A model generated the notes under the pieces. The model ran no database searches. It was not told the DNA's origin and saw only the letters and a program-made list of their open reading frames with translations. From contig CM060733.1 in the NCBI GenBank assembly GCA_030704615.1, positions 47,740,001 through 47,804,000 on the forward strand: DNA of 64,000 nt, written 5' to 3'. This document shows positions 37,188-50,222 of the stretch, in pieces. The position numbers and the translations under genes are program-made. This DNA is from Takakia lepidozioides (lineage: Eukaryota; Plantae; Bryophyta). Numbering within the stretch: position 1 is the stretch's first letter; each line of letters begins with the position of its first letter.

Positions 37188-38939
37188 CCTGTGTAATTCC
37201 ATAAGGTGGTTTGGGTATGGCCCCCTTTTCCATTGCCCTCCGAATGATCTGTCTGGCACGGTACCTCCTGTCCTTCAAGTTTCGCCCCACCATCTCCATC
37301 ACCCTTGTGTCACTCCAATTGCCTGGAAACCGGCGGTCTAACTCACGGGCATACGCCCGCTTCGCGCCAAAGTACTGATCAGCCCACTCGATGTGCAAAG
37401 GGAACCACCTCAATGTGAGTTCGAAGGTTGGCTTCTTCATAGCCTCCCAGAACGCACCGCAGGGGTCACCATGGCGATTCACCTCCACCGGTGGCACCAC
37501 GATCTTTGCCAACTCCACATCCTGTATCGCCAAGGGCATGTTCTTCTTCCCACCCTCTCCCTTCTTTGCAGCCCCCTTCCCCTGCTCCTTTGTTACCCCA
37601 CTGCCCTCCCCCGCATGCACACTCACCCCTTCATCTCCATGGGACTTCTTCTTCATTTCCTTCCCCTTCCCGCTACTTCCTCTCGCTCCTTCTCCTCTCT
37701 CCTTCTCTCTCTTCCTCCTCGGCAGCCCCTTCATTGATGGTAAAAGGGATCTCGGGAGATCGAGGCCTCTTCTTCTTACCTTTGGTGTTCGGGTCCTTCA
37801 TGAACACCACGTGCTCTCCCTCATTGGCAACCCCACTGGACTGCACCAATGAGGCCAGCCATGTTGCTGCCTCCTAAAGACAAATAACCCCTCCAAATTC
37901 AAAAAAAGAAACAAACAACAAAGAAAATCATGCATGCAAAGGAAAGGATAAATCATGGAACAAGGTGCCTTCTTTGTTGACCGCTCAGGCTCAGGGGGCG
38001 GTGTCGCTGATCGGCTAGGCTGCTCCGAACCGGCCCATACATCCTCCTCTCCTCCCCCCCCCCCCCCCCGCAAATGCGTATCAGGGTAGAAGCCAACTGA
38101 CTTCTTCGAGGCGCTTCGCTATCTTGGCCACTTCATTGGCCCTCCTCGTCTCCTCGTCCCTCATCGACAAAAATGGACTGGCAATGGAGGCTTTCAAAGG
38201 CCCTTGAACCTGACGTTGGGCCTTGGCAAGTGCAGCCTTTGCTGCGGAGGAAGGGGTGGCTATGGGGGTGACATCCAAAAGTTGCCCATACCGGGCCCCT
38301 GAACGGGTGATGTACTTGCCAAGGTACATTTCACCCATCTTGGTGGCCGGGGGTGTGCTCAACTGAGCATCCGGCTCAGCAACAACCTCCCGAATAGGAG
38401 AGCTGGCTGAGCCGGCCCCTGGCGCATCCAAGATGTGGACAAGAAGGGGGGGGGGGGGTACTGGCCTCGGGGGCAAACGAGCCCTCAGGCTGTCGATGGG
38501 GCTGGTTAACTGTGAGACGTCCTGGCGCGTCACACGTGCCGGCAGAGCAAACGGATTGTTCGCCCTTTTCTTTGGGGCAGGGGACTTCTTCTCTTTCCCC
38601 ATAAGCTGGCACTTGTCATGCAAACCCACAAGTTGGCCTCATTAGGAAACAACCTCTACATTCCAGATCAAAAACAAAAAAAACCAAGCATGTCGGGGGC
38701 TGAGAGCAGCAAGTGCTCGGGGTCTCAAGAGGGGGCAACAAAGAGAAAGAAAAAGGTGGGGGGGGGGAGTGACTGAGCACCACGGGCAGTCGTTCCCCCC
38801 CCCATTTTTCTTTTTTTTGGTTTCCTGATCTCTGTCCCTCTCTCCCTCTGGAAACTGTGCTTATGGAATTGTTGTCCCGACTTCCATCTTTGAGGAAATT
38901 GGAAAACAAATTGAAAAATTGGGTTGCAGGGAATTTTGG

Positions 38940-39307
38940 ATGTTTTTCATCCAAAATACAAATTTTTCCCTAGTGAATTCTTCACTAAAATACCTGTGAG
39001 CTGCAAAACTCCTGTCAATTTCTACTTTTTCAATCCAACCTGGATGAAAAAAGGACTTCATCTGACAGGACCTAAATACGGGGCAAGACATGTATAAACC
39101 CCCGATGTTTTTCATCTAACCTAGATGAAATACGGACTACATCCGTTTAGTGCAAGACAGGATGAACGCACGATGTCTTTCATCTTCCGCGAATGAAAAA
39201 TGGACAACGTCCGTCGGGCGTACAGGCTAGCGGATGTTTTTCATCCTGAGAAGGATGAATGACGGGCCAGACGGGGGAAAACTCTCAAAGTGAAAATCTG
39301 ACTAGTA
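38940..39307. repeat. GGATGAAAA subterminal array ending in a degenerate CACTA-like terminus (…AAAATCTGACTAGTA)
   Basis: Repeated TTTTCATC/GATGAAAA. The last bases match the reverse complement of CACTAGTCAG except for the terminal base. Confidence 0.4.
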
Positions 39308-39901
39308 TGGTATTAAACAAAATTTTAAAAGTCATACCAGCCTGGTATGTGCCAGGGTCTGGTTTTTTAATTAATTAATTAATTAATTAAAAAGGACGGA
39401 GACCCTTTAAATCATATTAAGATTTCAACTATTCACCTCCCTCAAAAACTGTTGTTGAGGTAATTTTCTTTAAGAGAAAAACATAATGGTTTTGAAACAA
39501 ATATTACCTCAACAGTTATTTTTTACCTCCCTCAAAAACTATTGTTGAGGTAATATCTGTTTTCAAAACAAAGCAAAGCAAAGCAAAACGGCAGCAGATG
39601 CACATTTAAGAAGAGGAAATCTGACTGAAAACCCTACCAAACTTCTAGACGCCATGCAAAAATGCCTCCCAGCGCCACAATCTCGTCAAATCTGCCTCAA
39701 ATCTGCGCCTCCATCCTCATTGAAGTGCCCTCTTGAAAACGCTCTATGTAGTTAGTATCCCTAATGAAAACTACCCTAAACCCTACCCCTACATCCGGTC
39801 CCTCAACCGACGCATGCAGGGTATTGGAGTGGTAGTGCGAGGAAGAAGACCAGACTGGTATGTTTTGCGCCAGGGTTTTAGAAGTCTATGTATCCTACCC
39901 C

Positions 39902-40230
39902 ACCAGGGCTCTCTTCAAATCTATCAAGGGAATTGTGTATGTACCTCTGTTTACCAACTTTGAAAGTCTCAAGGCTGAGCCAAAAGCCCAGGCCCTCCTG
40001 AGGCCTAGTTATTGGGCAAATCACACACAGCAGATTGATGCTTGTGTGAAGGGATTTCTAGAGGATATCTAGAAAACCCAGATTAATTCTATATATGAAG
40101 GTAAGTCTTACTACCAACGTCAGCCCCTGACAGAGGCAGGTTCTGTCCCTTTTGTTTCCGATCAAACTGGGCGCGGGGTCAATGGCCACAAGGCTACGGC
40201 AAACAACGTCTTATGAGTACAATCTTTTAT
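39902..40230 (+). mobile_element. LINE ORF2 3' fragment, near-identical inverted copy of 8420-8745
   Basis: ALFKSIKGIV.VPLFTNFESLKAEPKAQALLRPSYWANHTQQ...GRGVNGHKATANNVL*. Confidence 0.85.
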
Positions 40231-40847
40231 ATTTACCTTACTGTGTCATGAACTTTGATTTTCAGCTGTAGCAAGAAATAAAGGTATATGGGTATTCTGG
40301 AAAACTTACCAGACATATCCACCTCCCCTATGGGGGCAAGCTGTGCTGCACACCAGTCTAAACAAATACTGGCAAGGCAAGGTATTTAGATCTGAGGTAT
40401 CCAAGTGTTCCTTTCTTTTTTAAGAAAACCCTCCATGACACCCATGGGGTTTTAGTAAGTATGCTTGGATTATAGCTTGCAGACAGTAAATCTGTATGAT
40501 TATTTGACCTGCACCACATCAAGGCCAAAATATGGCCAAGTACTCGCCATCCCACCCAGACCTCTGAAAGTGTATCATGATCATGACTGGTGGTCAATCA
40601 GCATCAGTGGCATACTCTTTGGGTTATGAATAATACTGACATGAATACATTACTGTGCATGGGTGTAATTCTGGATTTTCTAAGCTTGATGATTGATGGT
40701 GCCACTGTTAAGTGGCTGATATGTCTGTTTATTCTTTCAAGTCAACGACCCTAGGGGTCATGTCTTTGTCTTGACATGACAAAAAATATCTTCCTTTTTT
40801 TTTTTGCTGCTCACAAAAATAAACAAACCACAAGGGAGAGAGGGTGC

Positions 40848-41432
40848 AGAGAAATTTGATGGGACAAGATCAAGATTTCGCGGTTTTGTTCAACAAATAC
40901 GACTGTTCCTACAACTACATCCACAACGCTACCCCGATGAAGGTATTCAAATGGGATTCGTTGGCACCCTTCTATCAGGCACTGCCCTATCTTGGTTTGC
41001 ACCGCTATTAGAAAAAAATTCGCATTTACTATACAATTTTGAAACATTCATGTCCGAGTTCACTGCAACGTTTGGAGAAAATGATAGGGAGAGAGTTGCA
41101 GAGACAAAGATGCGAAATCTTCGACAAGGAGCACGTCCTGCTTCCGGTTATGCTGCCGAATTTTGACAGCTTACGTGCGACCTCGACTGGAATGAGAAGA
41201 GCCTCAGTAGTCAGTTTCGATGTGGGCTAAAGGAGGATGTAAAAGATTTGTTGTTGACAATGCCAAACGTGAGCACACTGAGCGAATTCATCACCAAAGT
41301 CATTGCATGCGATAATCGTTTGTTCGAAAGATGTCAAGAGAAGCGATCTGGATGGTCGACGACGCATCATGCCGCTGCTACTACGGCACCAAACACAACG
41401 ATCCATCAGACATCCGGTAGTGATCCTGTGCA
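40848..41432 (+). mobile_element. Chromovirus (Tcn1/sushi-like) gag fragment
   Basis: EKFDGTRSRFRGFVQQIRL..QLHPQRYP...FVGTLLSGTALSWFAPLLE...LRQGARPASGYAAEF*QL..DLDWNE...F..GL.EDVKD; a DUF4939/Retrotrans_gag-type pattern. Confidence 0.85.
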
Positions 41433-41539
41433 GAGGCGTCGGCGCCGGCTATGCTCCACATCCGGAATCTACTTCCAGTGGCGCTCCGGGAGGGGATAGA
41501 GCGGGCACATTGAAGGAAAGATATTGACATTTAAGCCAT

Positions 41540-42520
41540 TGAGGTGGGGGTTGAAGTTCAAGGCCTATGCAGCTGCCTCATGTGATTCAAAGAACCCCCT
41601 GAAGAACCCCCTACCTTTTGCATGACAAAAATGTTAATGTTTCAATTCACCTGATCATCCCATATGACGAATGGCCCACTCTCTCACATAACCCACTTTT
41701 CTTCCAGGGAAGTGAACTAGGATTCCCCTCTCTTCCATGTTTGTCATTCCCTTGTGCAGCTCTGCGATATTCATGGCGATCATTGGAAAATTCATGTCCA
41801 TCGCCTCTTGCTCCTCCACATTGTCAATGATGTGGTCCAACTGATCAGTTTGGGGAGGCAGGTCCATAAATGGTTGGATTTCCGCCGTTGACCTGCTAAA
41901 TTCAAGAAGCGCTTGACTGGCAGGTGCGTTGAGGCAGGCGGGAGGGGTGGGCTCCAGCAACTGCGGGCAAAATGGGATGGTGGATTGAGCCTGGTGGGCT
42001 AGGAAGAAGCCCATTCCCGATGAGGGTTGGGGGCGAAACGAGTGAGGAATTCTAGAGGGCCCGGATATGGAGCGCTTCCACTACTGGTTGTTGTTCCTGA
42101 GTTGGGATGAACTGAGCGGCCCCATTTTGAGGGATAGAGAAGAGCGGGATGAGAGAGGAGAGATTAGAGTGAGAGGGAGACCAAAGCAAGGAAGAGAAGT
42201 GTGCAAGAGTGAGGACTAGAGCTGAGGACGAGAGAGCGAAGGAAGATAGAGGGGGTATATTGGCAGGATGTGGGGAGATGGCGGCTGGGTGAGCCGACCA
42301 AGTGGCAAGGGGTGAAATTATAGGACTTGAAGTTGACATAGGACCCACCTCTGAAATGGGGCAGTAGCCGTAGGGCGAAGTGGCTCTTAATTACGCCAAT
42401 CTCGACCGGTGTCTTCTCTCTCTCTCTCTCTATGAAGTTGATGGTGATAGCTGGGGCGTGGGAAGCCCAAAGCTGATGAATGGCGCCGCATATTTGCAAT
42501 GGAGTTAAGATAGCAGGTCA
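41540..42520 (-). mobile_element. Highly degenerate LINE ORF1-like fragments
   Basis: Minus-strand KGRGFF..FFESHEAA..AL (RRM/DUF4283-like) and a decayed knuckle PCHL.GSPSRHLPTSC. Weak evidence. Confidence 0.25.
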
Positions 42521-43310
42521 CGCCGATGAAGGGGTGATTTAGTGGCGGAATGATGAAATGCAAGTGCAAAATCAACTGAAACCTGTACAAAGAACACTAA
42601 GAATAGGGTAGGAATATGAGCATAAAGGAGTTGCTAGTGCAGTCGAACCAAATTGATCGCGAGAGAGATGCAGCAAGAGATGAAGAGACCGTTGGGGGCC
42701 TCTCTCTCTCACCGCAAACTGCGGAGCTCCTACATTGATCACTCCAATCCCGCGTAACTTCAATCCCCTCATGTACTTATTTTAGGCAGGCCCTAGTTGC
42801 ACGAGTACATAAATTTAGTGTATCTTGGAGTGATTTTGAGGTTGTCATATGTGAATATCATCCCAGTCCTTGGCCGTGATGACGACTAAGGGGATGACAT
42901 GCTAGTGTCTAAAGATTCAGATTCTCTATTTATGTTATATTAATTATCCCCGTAGACTGACAAGAGTTGAGCAGGCAGACCCTATATAAAGTGTCTAGAG
43001 TGCTTCATTGGAGTATAGAGCACAAGTATTTCATGTGCTCTTGGGAAGACCTTTATCCCGTGTCTTACGTATTAGGTGAAGTCCTGCAACGAGGGCTTTA
43101 CGCTATTCAAGATTCCATAACTGAGGTTTGGAGGCATTTTGCCTACGTGGCAACGTTTAATTAGTCATGGACAGGCCTGTCACCCGCCGTAGCCCGCCAC
43201 CGCCAGCCAATACGTCCAGAAACATCGGTTATGTCCCGTAGACGGGGAGGCTATCTATCGCGTCTCTGCACTCTTGGTGTCCAGCTACACGCCGTAGCCG
43301 GTCTCGCCTA

Positions 43311-44581
43311 GGGAATTCCAAAAAGGCCATGATGTGAAATGTAACGCAATTCAGTTGATTAACCCCCTAAAAGTGCGCAATTCAATTGAATTGCTAAACC
43401 TAGCTTGAAAACAACCCTAATTTGCAATTCAATTGAATTATCGACGCTAGTTGATAATTCAATTAAATTGTTGACTACAATTCAATTGAATTGTAAATTT
43501 GCAATTCAATTGAATTGTCAACTCGTAATTCAATGGAATTGTAATCTATAATTTTTAACTTATTTTTGTATATAATATATATGTGTATGTATATATTCAA
43601 GTTATACCACATATGAGAGTATAAGCTAAAGATACATGTTGCCCGTCTATTCTTGCTGCCTGTCTATGTTGTGCCCTTGAGGAAATCGTGGAGTTGTGAA
43701 GCCAGCCTCAGCGAGAGGAGAGCCAGAGAGGGAGCTAGAGAGGGAGCTAGAGATCAGCAGCTTCCTGTGATTTACTGGCAAAAGAAACATGGCTGGCTCT
43801 GAAAGAAACAGACAAAATCGAACCTGATGAAAGGCTTCCCTGCATCATCATGTAGTCCCTTGGCACTAGTATCTGCCCCCAAGACACAACCCTAGAGAAA
43901 ACAAATGATATGTTCATCTTGAGAATTATAAAAAATAATACTGTTTCGATACCCTTACCAAGGTATCATGTTGTTCCATACAAAGTTTAATATATCATAC
44001 TCTTATACGTTGATACTCTTACATTGGTATCATGTTTGCAATATGTACATAGCCATATATTGGCACAAAAAGTGCTTGGCAATATGAACAAGGTGGATTG
44101 CTAAAGAGGGAGCCATCCAACATCCACAAAGAGGGACATCCGCCAATCCCGCTTTTAGGGCAAGCGCTTCTTCTCTCTCTCCCTCTCACGCTCTCCCTTA
44201 GGCTTCACGACTCCTCTCGTACTCAGACCTTACCACGGGCAAAGGATAGAGAGACAGGCAGCAAGATTAGACGGGCAACATGTATTTTTAGCTTATATTT
44301 TTGTATACATATATGTATAATTTGAATATATACATATATATCCACATTATATAAATTATATATTACAATTCAATTGATTTTTTTAAAATTGAATTGTAGT
44401 CAACAATCCAATTGAATTGTCAACTAGTGAATTGCCAATTCGCAATTCAATTGAATTACAAATTAGGGTTGTTTTCAATCAATTTAAATTGCAAGGGCAA
44501 TTCAATTGAATTGCGCACTTTTAGGGGGGGTGATCAAGTGAATTGCCATGCATTTCACATCAAGGCCTTTTTGGAATTCCC
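43311..44581. mobile_element. Foldback/MITE-like element with about 350-bp inverted arms
   Basis: GGGAATTCCAAAAAGGCC... / ...GGCCTTTTTGGAATTCCC, flanked by TA on both sides. The arms (43311-43665 and 44252-44581) carry many CAATTCAATTGAATTG palindromes. Confidence 0.85.
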
Positions 44582-44983
44582 TACTCGCGTCCCCGGCTAC
44601 ATAGTCCATAGCCCCGAGGGCGGTAGCATCTTGAATAGCGTAAAGCCCGAGTTACAAGACTTTACCTCACGTAAAAACTGAATGCATATCTAGAATATCC
44701 AGAATTACAAGGTTACAAGGTCCTGAATTACTGGCGTAATTTGAGATTACGGGCCCAAGCCCATGGGCTCAACGGCGTAACCAGATTTACGGGAATTATG
44801 CTTTTTAAAGCCCCACAAAATACACTAGTTTTTTCCAATGAGGTTTTTACTCGTGTAGAAGCGCTATATCATCTTCATCGAGGGGAACCCAACTGCAACT
44901 TGGGAGGGGCAAGAAATTATTTCCCGTGCTCATTTGGTGTGTATGTGGAAGGACTCTCGAAGGACCCCTGCAGATCGCTTGAG

Positions 44984-46886
44984 ATGTTGACATTGGAGCA
45001 GTTTTATTATGTACTCAGTGCAGTGTTCCTACTATATGTTGCGTTAGTCCTTGGATATGGGTCGGTGAGATGGTGGAACATCGTTACTGCTGATCAATGC
45101 CGGGGGCTCAACAGTTTCACGTCATATATCGTTTTTCCTACACTTTTGTTTCAGATACAGGCCCTCAACGACCCCTACACAATGAACTGGCGTCTTATTG
45201 TAGCTCACAGTCTTGCCGCCTTTCTTATTCTGGGTAAGCTCGACCAAAGCTATGTACACATTCCTTTATAGATTGCACGCAATACACGTGATCACTTTAG
45301 ACTCTTTGATGGGAGACACGACTTCAGATAGGGGAGGTTTGTTGAATTTTAAACTTGTTAACTATTTCCTTTTACTTGTGAGGCTCGCACGGATTTATCT
45401 TTAGCCCTGGAATGGAATATAGGGATCTGGATGATCGTTGAATTCGGGATTTAGACCTTTTCAAGTACTTTCAGATCTTGGAGTCTTCACATTGTCTCAA
45501 TACTTGGGGCATGAGCTTTTCCAATCGGGTACATTAATGTGAAGGATCTTATTTTTGAAACGATGGAAATGTGAATTCATATCTTAGGATCAAAGCCTGG
45601 AGATTTCATAATCAAGTTCACATGCTCTTTTGGAAAGTACATGTGTTGTTTCCTAACCATAGATAGAAATTCTTGAGGATTTCTTCTAGTTTAAAGACCT
45701 TACTATGAAAGCATAGAGCCAATCAAACTTTGTCATATATATTGCGAGATTTCAAGTGACTATGTAGGCTTATGTAGGAAGGTTAACCAGCATCCACCAA
45801 GAGACCATTACTCTAGCTGCAGGCATATGCACGTCTGGCAAGATACTCGAATCATTTGAACATGAATATTACTATGTAGTTTTCTGATCAGAAGAAAACT
45901 TGTGCGTACGTTTTAAAAACCTCTCCCAGCGCTCTTCTCGAGTCAAGTGTTGCCCTTTTCTTTTCTGCTTGTCGGTCACTAACTAGTGCAGTTCCCTATC
46001 ATATTAAATAAAGACGGTCCGAGTTATTTCCTCGTACATAACACGACGGTATGGATCTGCAAATTGTGGTTGGTTATGAGTCCATCTTCTATATGTCTTT
46101 CCCACCTGGATATTCTGTCCTCATCTCATCTCCATCTTATAAGCGTTTTTAGTTGACATCTTCCGGATAATCGAGATCCGAGCCGATTCTGTGGTTCGCT
46201 TCTTCCAGTCATATTTGGATCGAGGCGATTGCCAATCCTGAACTTCCCAGAACTCGTTGTTTGTAGTCTAGCCATTTTTCGTATCACATCACGAATATCG
46301 CAAATCAGTAGATTTGTCTCAAGGACTTATTTTTCTACTACCAGACAGCAGACTTTCCATGTTGAGCCTGTTGTAACTTGCGGATATTTTCTAAGTTGTA
46401 TGTTTACATACAATCCATTCATCGACATTTATGTTGAATAATGCATATATGTGCCTTCCAGGTATCCTTTGTGGGTGGGCATGGTTCACAGATGACAGCA
46501 TCGACTGGGTCATCACACTCCTGCAGCTTGCAGTAGTGCCCAACAATATCATTATTGGTATACCTATTCTAATGCCGCTCTACACTGGTGCTACTAAGGG
46601 AATTGCAACTCTCTTCATTGGATATGTGTTGTCGATCAACGTGTCTCTAATCCTCTATGAAACTCGCAAAGCTCTTCTTGATATCTCCGCAAAGGCAGAG
46701 CCATTTGTTTCAAAGGGTGTGAAGAGCGTCAAAGGTAGCACTGCTGATGCGGTTGTCGTTGGCAGATCCTCAAGTGAGGAAGCCCAATTCCGCAATTCTT
46801 GTACATTATCACATCGAACGGAATCCTCACTGCCTCAAAGCCAAGGGATTTCTGGTACTTATTCACCGGGATCACTGAAGTCATAG
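44984..46886 (+). pseudogene. PIN: Divergent (non-canonical) PIN auxin efflux carrier, N-terminal half only; exons 44984-45233 and 46462-~46854/46886
   Basis: Exon 1: MLTLEQFYYVLSAVFLLYVALVLGYGSVRWWNIVTADQCRGLNSF...NDPYTMNWRLI. In-frame phase-1 GT-AG intron. Exon 2: SIDWVITLLQLAVVPNNIIIGIPILMPLY...LILYETRKA. No TM6-10 exons found in the window. Confidence 0.85.
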
Positions 46887-47289
46887 TATGTTTCTGTTGA
46901 CTCAATGTGGTACATCATGCATAAACTTTTGGTTATCTCAAACTCGGCATAAATTCAAACTACTCGTCTCCCCTCACCCCTTCGTTACTTCTATCCTAAT
47001 CATGCTTCATGGCAAATCAAGACAAGCAGAATATGCTTAAGTCACCTTCTACACATTTCCCCTGCTCATTCCCTTGCCCACAGCACTCTCAGGGCCTCCC
47101 CGATATTGCATCCGCGATGACAATGAAAGCACATCCATCCATCGAGAGAAATTCGTTTATCCAATGAATGAAAAACCCACTGGGCACGACTTAACCCCTT
47201 TCACATTGGTACTGGGTCCCTCTCTTGAATACAAACAACTCAATGAGCAACAATAAAGTTTTAAACTGCCCCCACTACATTCACACTAC

Positions 47290-49926
47290 AGTCCACCCAA
47301 GGAAATCCCTACTGTGCAAGTTATGCCCAAAACTGTGATAGAGGTTGAAGGGGTAAAGGGCAAGGGTACTGCGGCACCTGTAGAAGATGAGGTTGCTCAG
47401 GAATAAGATCTTGTGGGATATGGCCTGATTGGTTTGTGAAACATCAAACTGTGGAGAATTAGGAAGAACAGCAGCAGGTTTTCCATGAAGACCCACAGCA
47501 GGCCATGGTTATGAGTTCCATAAGCAGGACTCTCAACCTGTTGGGCACCTATTTCAAGACTCATGTTCCTTCCACTCAGTTGGCAGCATTGCGGGAGGAG
47601 CTCAAGCAAGAACTTGCGGCAAGAATTGTCACTGAGTGTGCCAACAAGGTCGATGTAGAGGCCATCCTCAAGTTGCAAAAAAAGTTGGAGGACATTAAAG
47701 CTGCCCTACAGCTTGCATAGGAGAATTTAATTGATGCGGGTCTTGAGCAGGAGAAGTTGCATGAAGTGCATAAGCAGTAGCTATATCACATACAGGTTCA
47801 GTTGGAGACTTTACAACAACAGTTGAAAACATACAGGCTCAAGGAGGAGCAGGATCTCCGTGGTGTTACACATGACTTGGTGGATAATCATCTTTTGCAA
47901 GAATGGTTAACACAAGGGCCAGTGGAGGGGAAAGCACCAAGGAAGCTCACCCAAGACGAGATGAATGATCTCAGGCTACGGGTGCAGAACCAATCCACAA
48001 CCACTGTAGACAATGTCTATAGTCGGATAGCTGAGTTGTAGGAGGATGTGGAAGGGCTTCAGACTCAAGTGGATGACTTGAGTTTCAACATTGAGAAAAT
48101 GGCATTTTCGTGAGAAACAGCTCATGGCTACTTACTTGTGGGCAAGGATTTTGATTTTTCAATCTTCAGCGCAGGAAGTGCAGGACTTGCCAACATCAGG
48201 AGGGACTGTGGCAACAACATCACAGCAGCCACACCACGTAGACAGTGTTGATATCATAACACTGCAACAATCACTGTCTGAGGTTTGGCGTGATGCTTCT
48301 TTTAACCCACCTACTATACCTGCTGCACTTGAATACAATCGGGCTATGATTCTACCCTTCAACCAAATTCCCATTGTTATGGATTTGGCTTGAAAAGAAT
48401 TCAGTCCTCCAGAGTCTTTGGCACACTATTACCAGATTATGCGCAGTTGGTTGCCAGTGGCAACTCGGACTAAAGTTCTTCTAACTGACAGATCCATTGA
48501 AGATCACCATTTTGCGCGGTATTGGTTTGAGGCAGGAACCATGCTGAAGGAATTAATTGCCTTCCAGATTGTTCATGGATTCATCTACACCAAGACCAAG
48601 GAGGTACCTAGTTTGGTCATGGGTTGTGGGCTGTATTATGCTGCTTGTTTTATTTTACGCTACCACACTGAGCAGCAGAAGATGCAGATGAGGTTTCAGA
48701 CTTATTCCAGTGGGGAGAATTGGACGTTACCTCCAGTTCCACCACACACACATCTGTATGATGTAAAGATCATGCTTCAGAAGGATCCCCAACTCCGTTC
48801 TTGGTTTACTTTTGCTCTGGAGAACTTGGGTCTTGACCACATCTTTCCCAAAGGGCATGAAGCCAGAAAGTGGCTACACTTTTCCAAAGTCATTGGCACC
48901 CTACTCAGCTATACAGATGATGAGCTGCGGGCATACACTAATCTTGCCCGAAAGAGGTTGACACAAGTCTTACAGAATAAGCTTCCAGACATGGTGGGCA
49001 TACACTGTATGCCAGTCAGGATTCCTGAGAAGCCACAGAAGGTCAAGAAACAGCACGGCCAACGGTGGGAAGATCATTCGGATACTACTGGTTCTGTGGA
49101 AGGGAATTTTGACATGGCTGAGGATTATGAAATACAAATGGCGGAGAAGAAACGACGGGGATCTCCTATGCCTGAGAAGTTGCCTTTATATTAGTCTAAG
49201 GCAGAGCAGTCAACTCCATCTAGTCGACAATCATCCCCACTAGCCAAAGACATGGCTCGGGCTCACACACAGAGCCCTCCGAGGGACTTTCACTAGCAGA
49301 AGGGTGTTCGTTCACAAAGGTTTGCTAATCCTAAGCAGTAAACCGTGAGGACACGGCTTTTTGAGAGGAGGAGGGATAATGTTAGGGGGCTGTCTGGGAC
49401 TTAGACAGTTTTACGGGTTGTGTGGGATACCCTTAATTTTGCGCAGACCTATGGGTAGTAGACTCTGATAGACACAGGCCTTAACGGTGACAGACAGGCT
49501 CACACAGTCAACAGTCACAGTCTGGCACAGCCTATCACGGCCTGACACAGCCTAACATAGTCAGACATAGCCTAACACAGCGTGACGCAGCCCGACACAA
49601 TCAGTCACAGCCCGTCACAGCGTTCACAGGGAACGGTTATCATTGGCAGGGAACGACTGTGTAGGAACGACATCTGCAGAGGGAACGTGCATTCTGTCTT
49701 GGATGACAGTTAGTTAGTTAGGCGATTAGAACAGCTTGCAGGTAAAATAAGCAGAGTAGCGACATGGAGGGGATCACTTCTTGGACATCACTTCTGGGAT
49801 CGCTTCTGGTATCACTGCGGAGAGCACGATCTTGGAGGACAGGGATGGAGATTACACAGAGGAGGAGATATGACCAGATGATGCTTGATACATGCAAGTT
49901 GTTGAGATGTACGGAAGATTGGACCA
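47290..49926 (+). mobile_element. 3' fragment of a related gypsy element: extra ORF, PPT and partial LTR (from 49380)
   Basis: Protein homology to 33400-36208, the same stop context (CCTAAGCAGTAA), hairpin CCGTGAGGACACGG, PPT, and TGTTAGGGGGC LTR start with a CACAG array. Confidence 0.9.
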
Positions 49927-49959
49927 AAACAAAATGAAAAAAATTAAATTAAATTAAAT

Positions 49960-50222
49960 TAAAAATTAAAAAATTATTGGGTCACTATTGCAGAACTCTC
50001 TAGAGTGCATGAAGTTGAAGAGAACTTAATCTTGGAGTGCAAATGAGGGAAGAAAATATGGTTTTGGGTCCAGACGATTTTCTTTTGCTGCGAAATTTTG
50101 CACGCACATTGCACACGCTGTCATTAAGCATATGGCTGGAGAATGGAACAAAAAAAAAATCATGTGCAGGCGAAACACAATTTTCCGTCTATTCGACACG
50201 TAGTTGCATTCATCACTTGAAT
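49960..50222 (-). repeat. Duplicate of CACTA intergenic segment (also 51830-52070 and, inverted, 17390-17635)
   Basis: GGGTCACTATTGCAGAACTCTCTA...GAGAACTTAATCTTGGAGTGCAAATGAGGGAAG... is shared between the copies. Confidence 0.85.

Larger units (their letters stand above)
24378..38612 (-). pseudogene. CACTA TnpA/Ptta-like gene, copy B, split by the gypsy insertion (24378-25041 and 37188-38612)
   Basis: Colinear and highly similar to 5866-8090. The uninterrupted junction CCAA-CCTGT-GTAAT is seen in copy A at 6467-6480. Confidence 0.6.

Noticed and set aside
23403-39307. Single complete CACTA element from CACTACAGG to ...CTGACTAGTA
   Set aside because: The TIRs match only in ACTA, the subterminal repeats differ (GCGAC vs GGATGAAAA), and the 3-bp flanks differ (TCG vs TGG).
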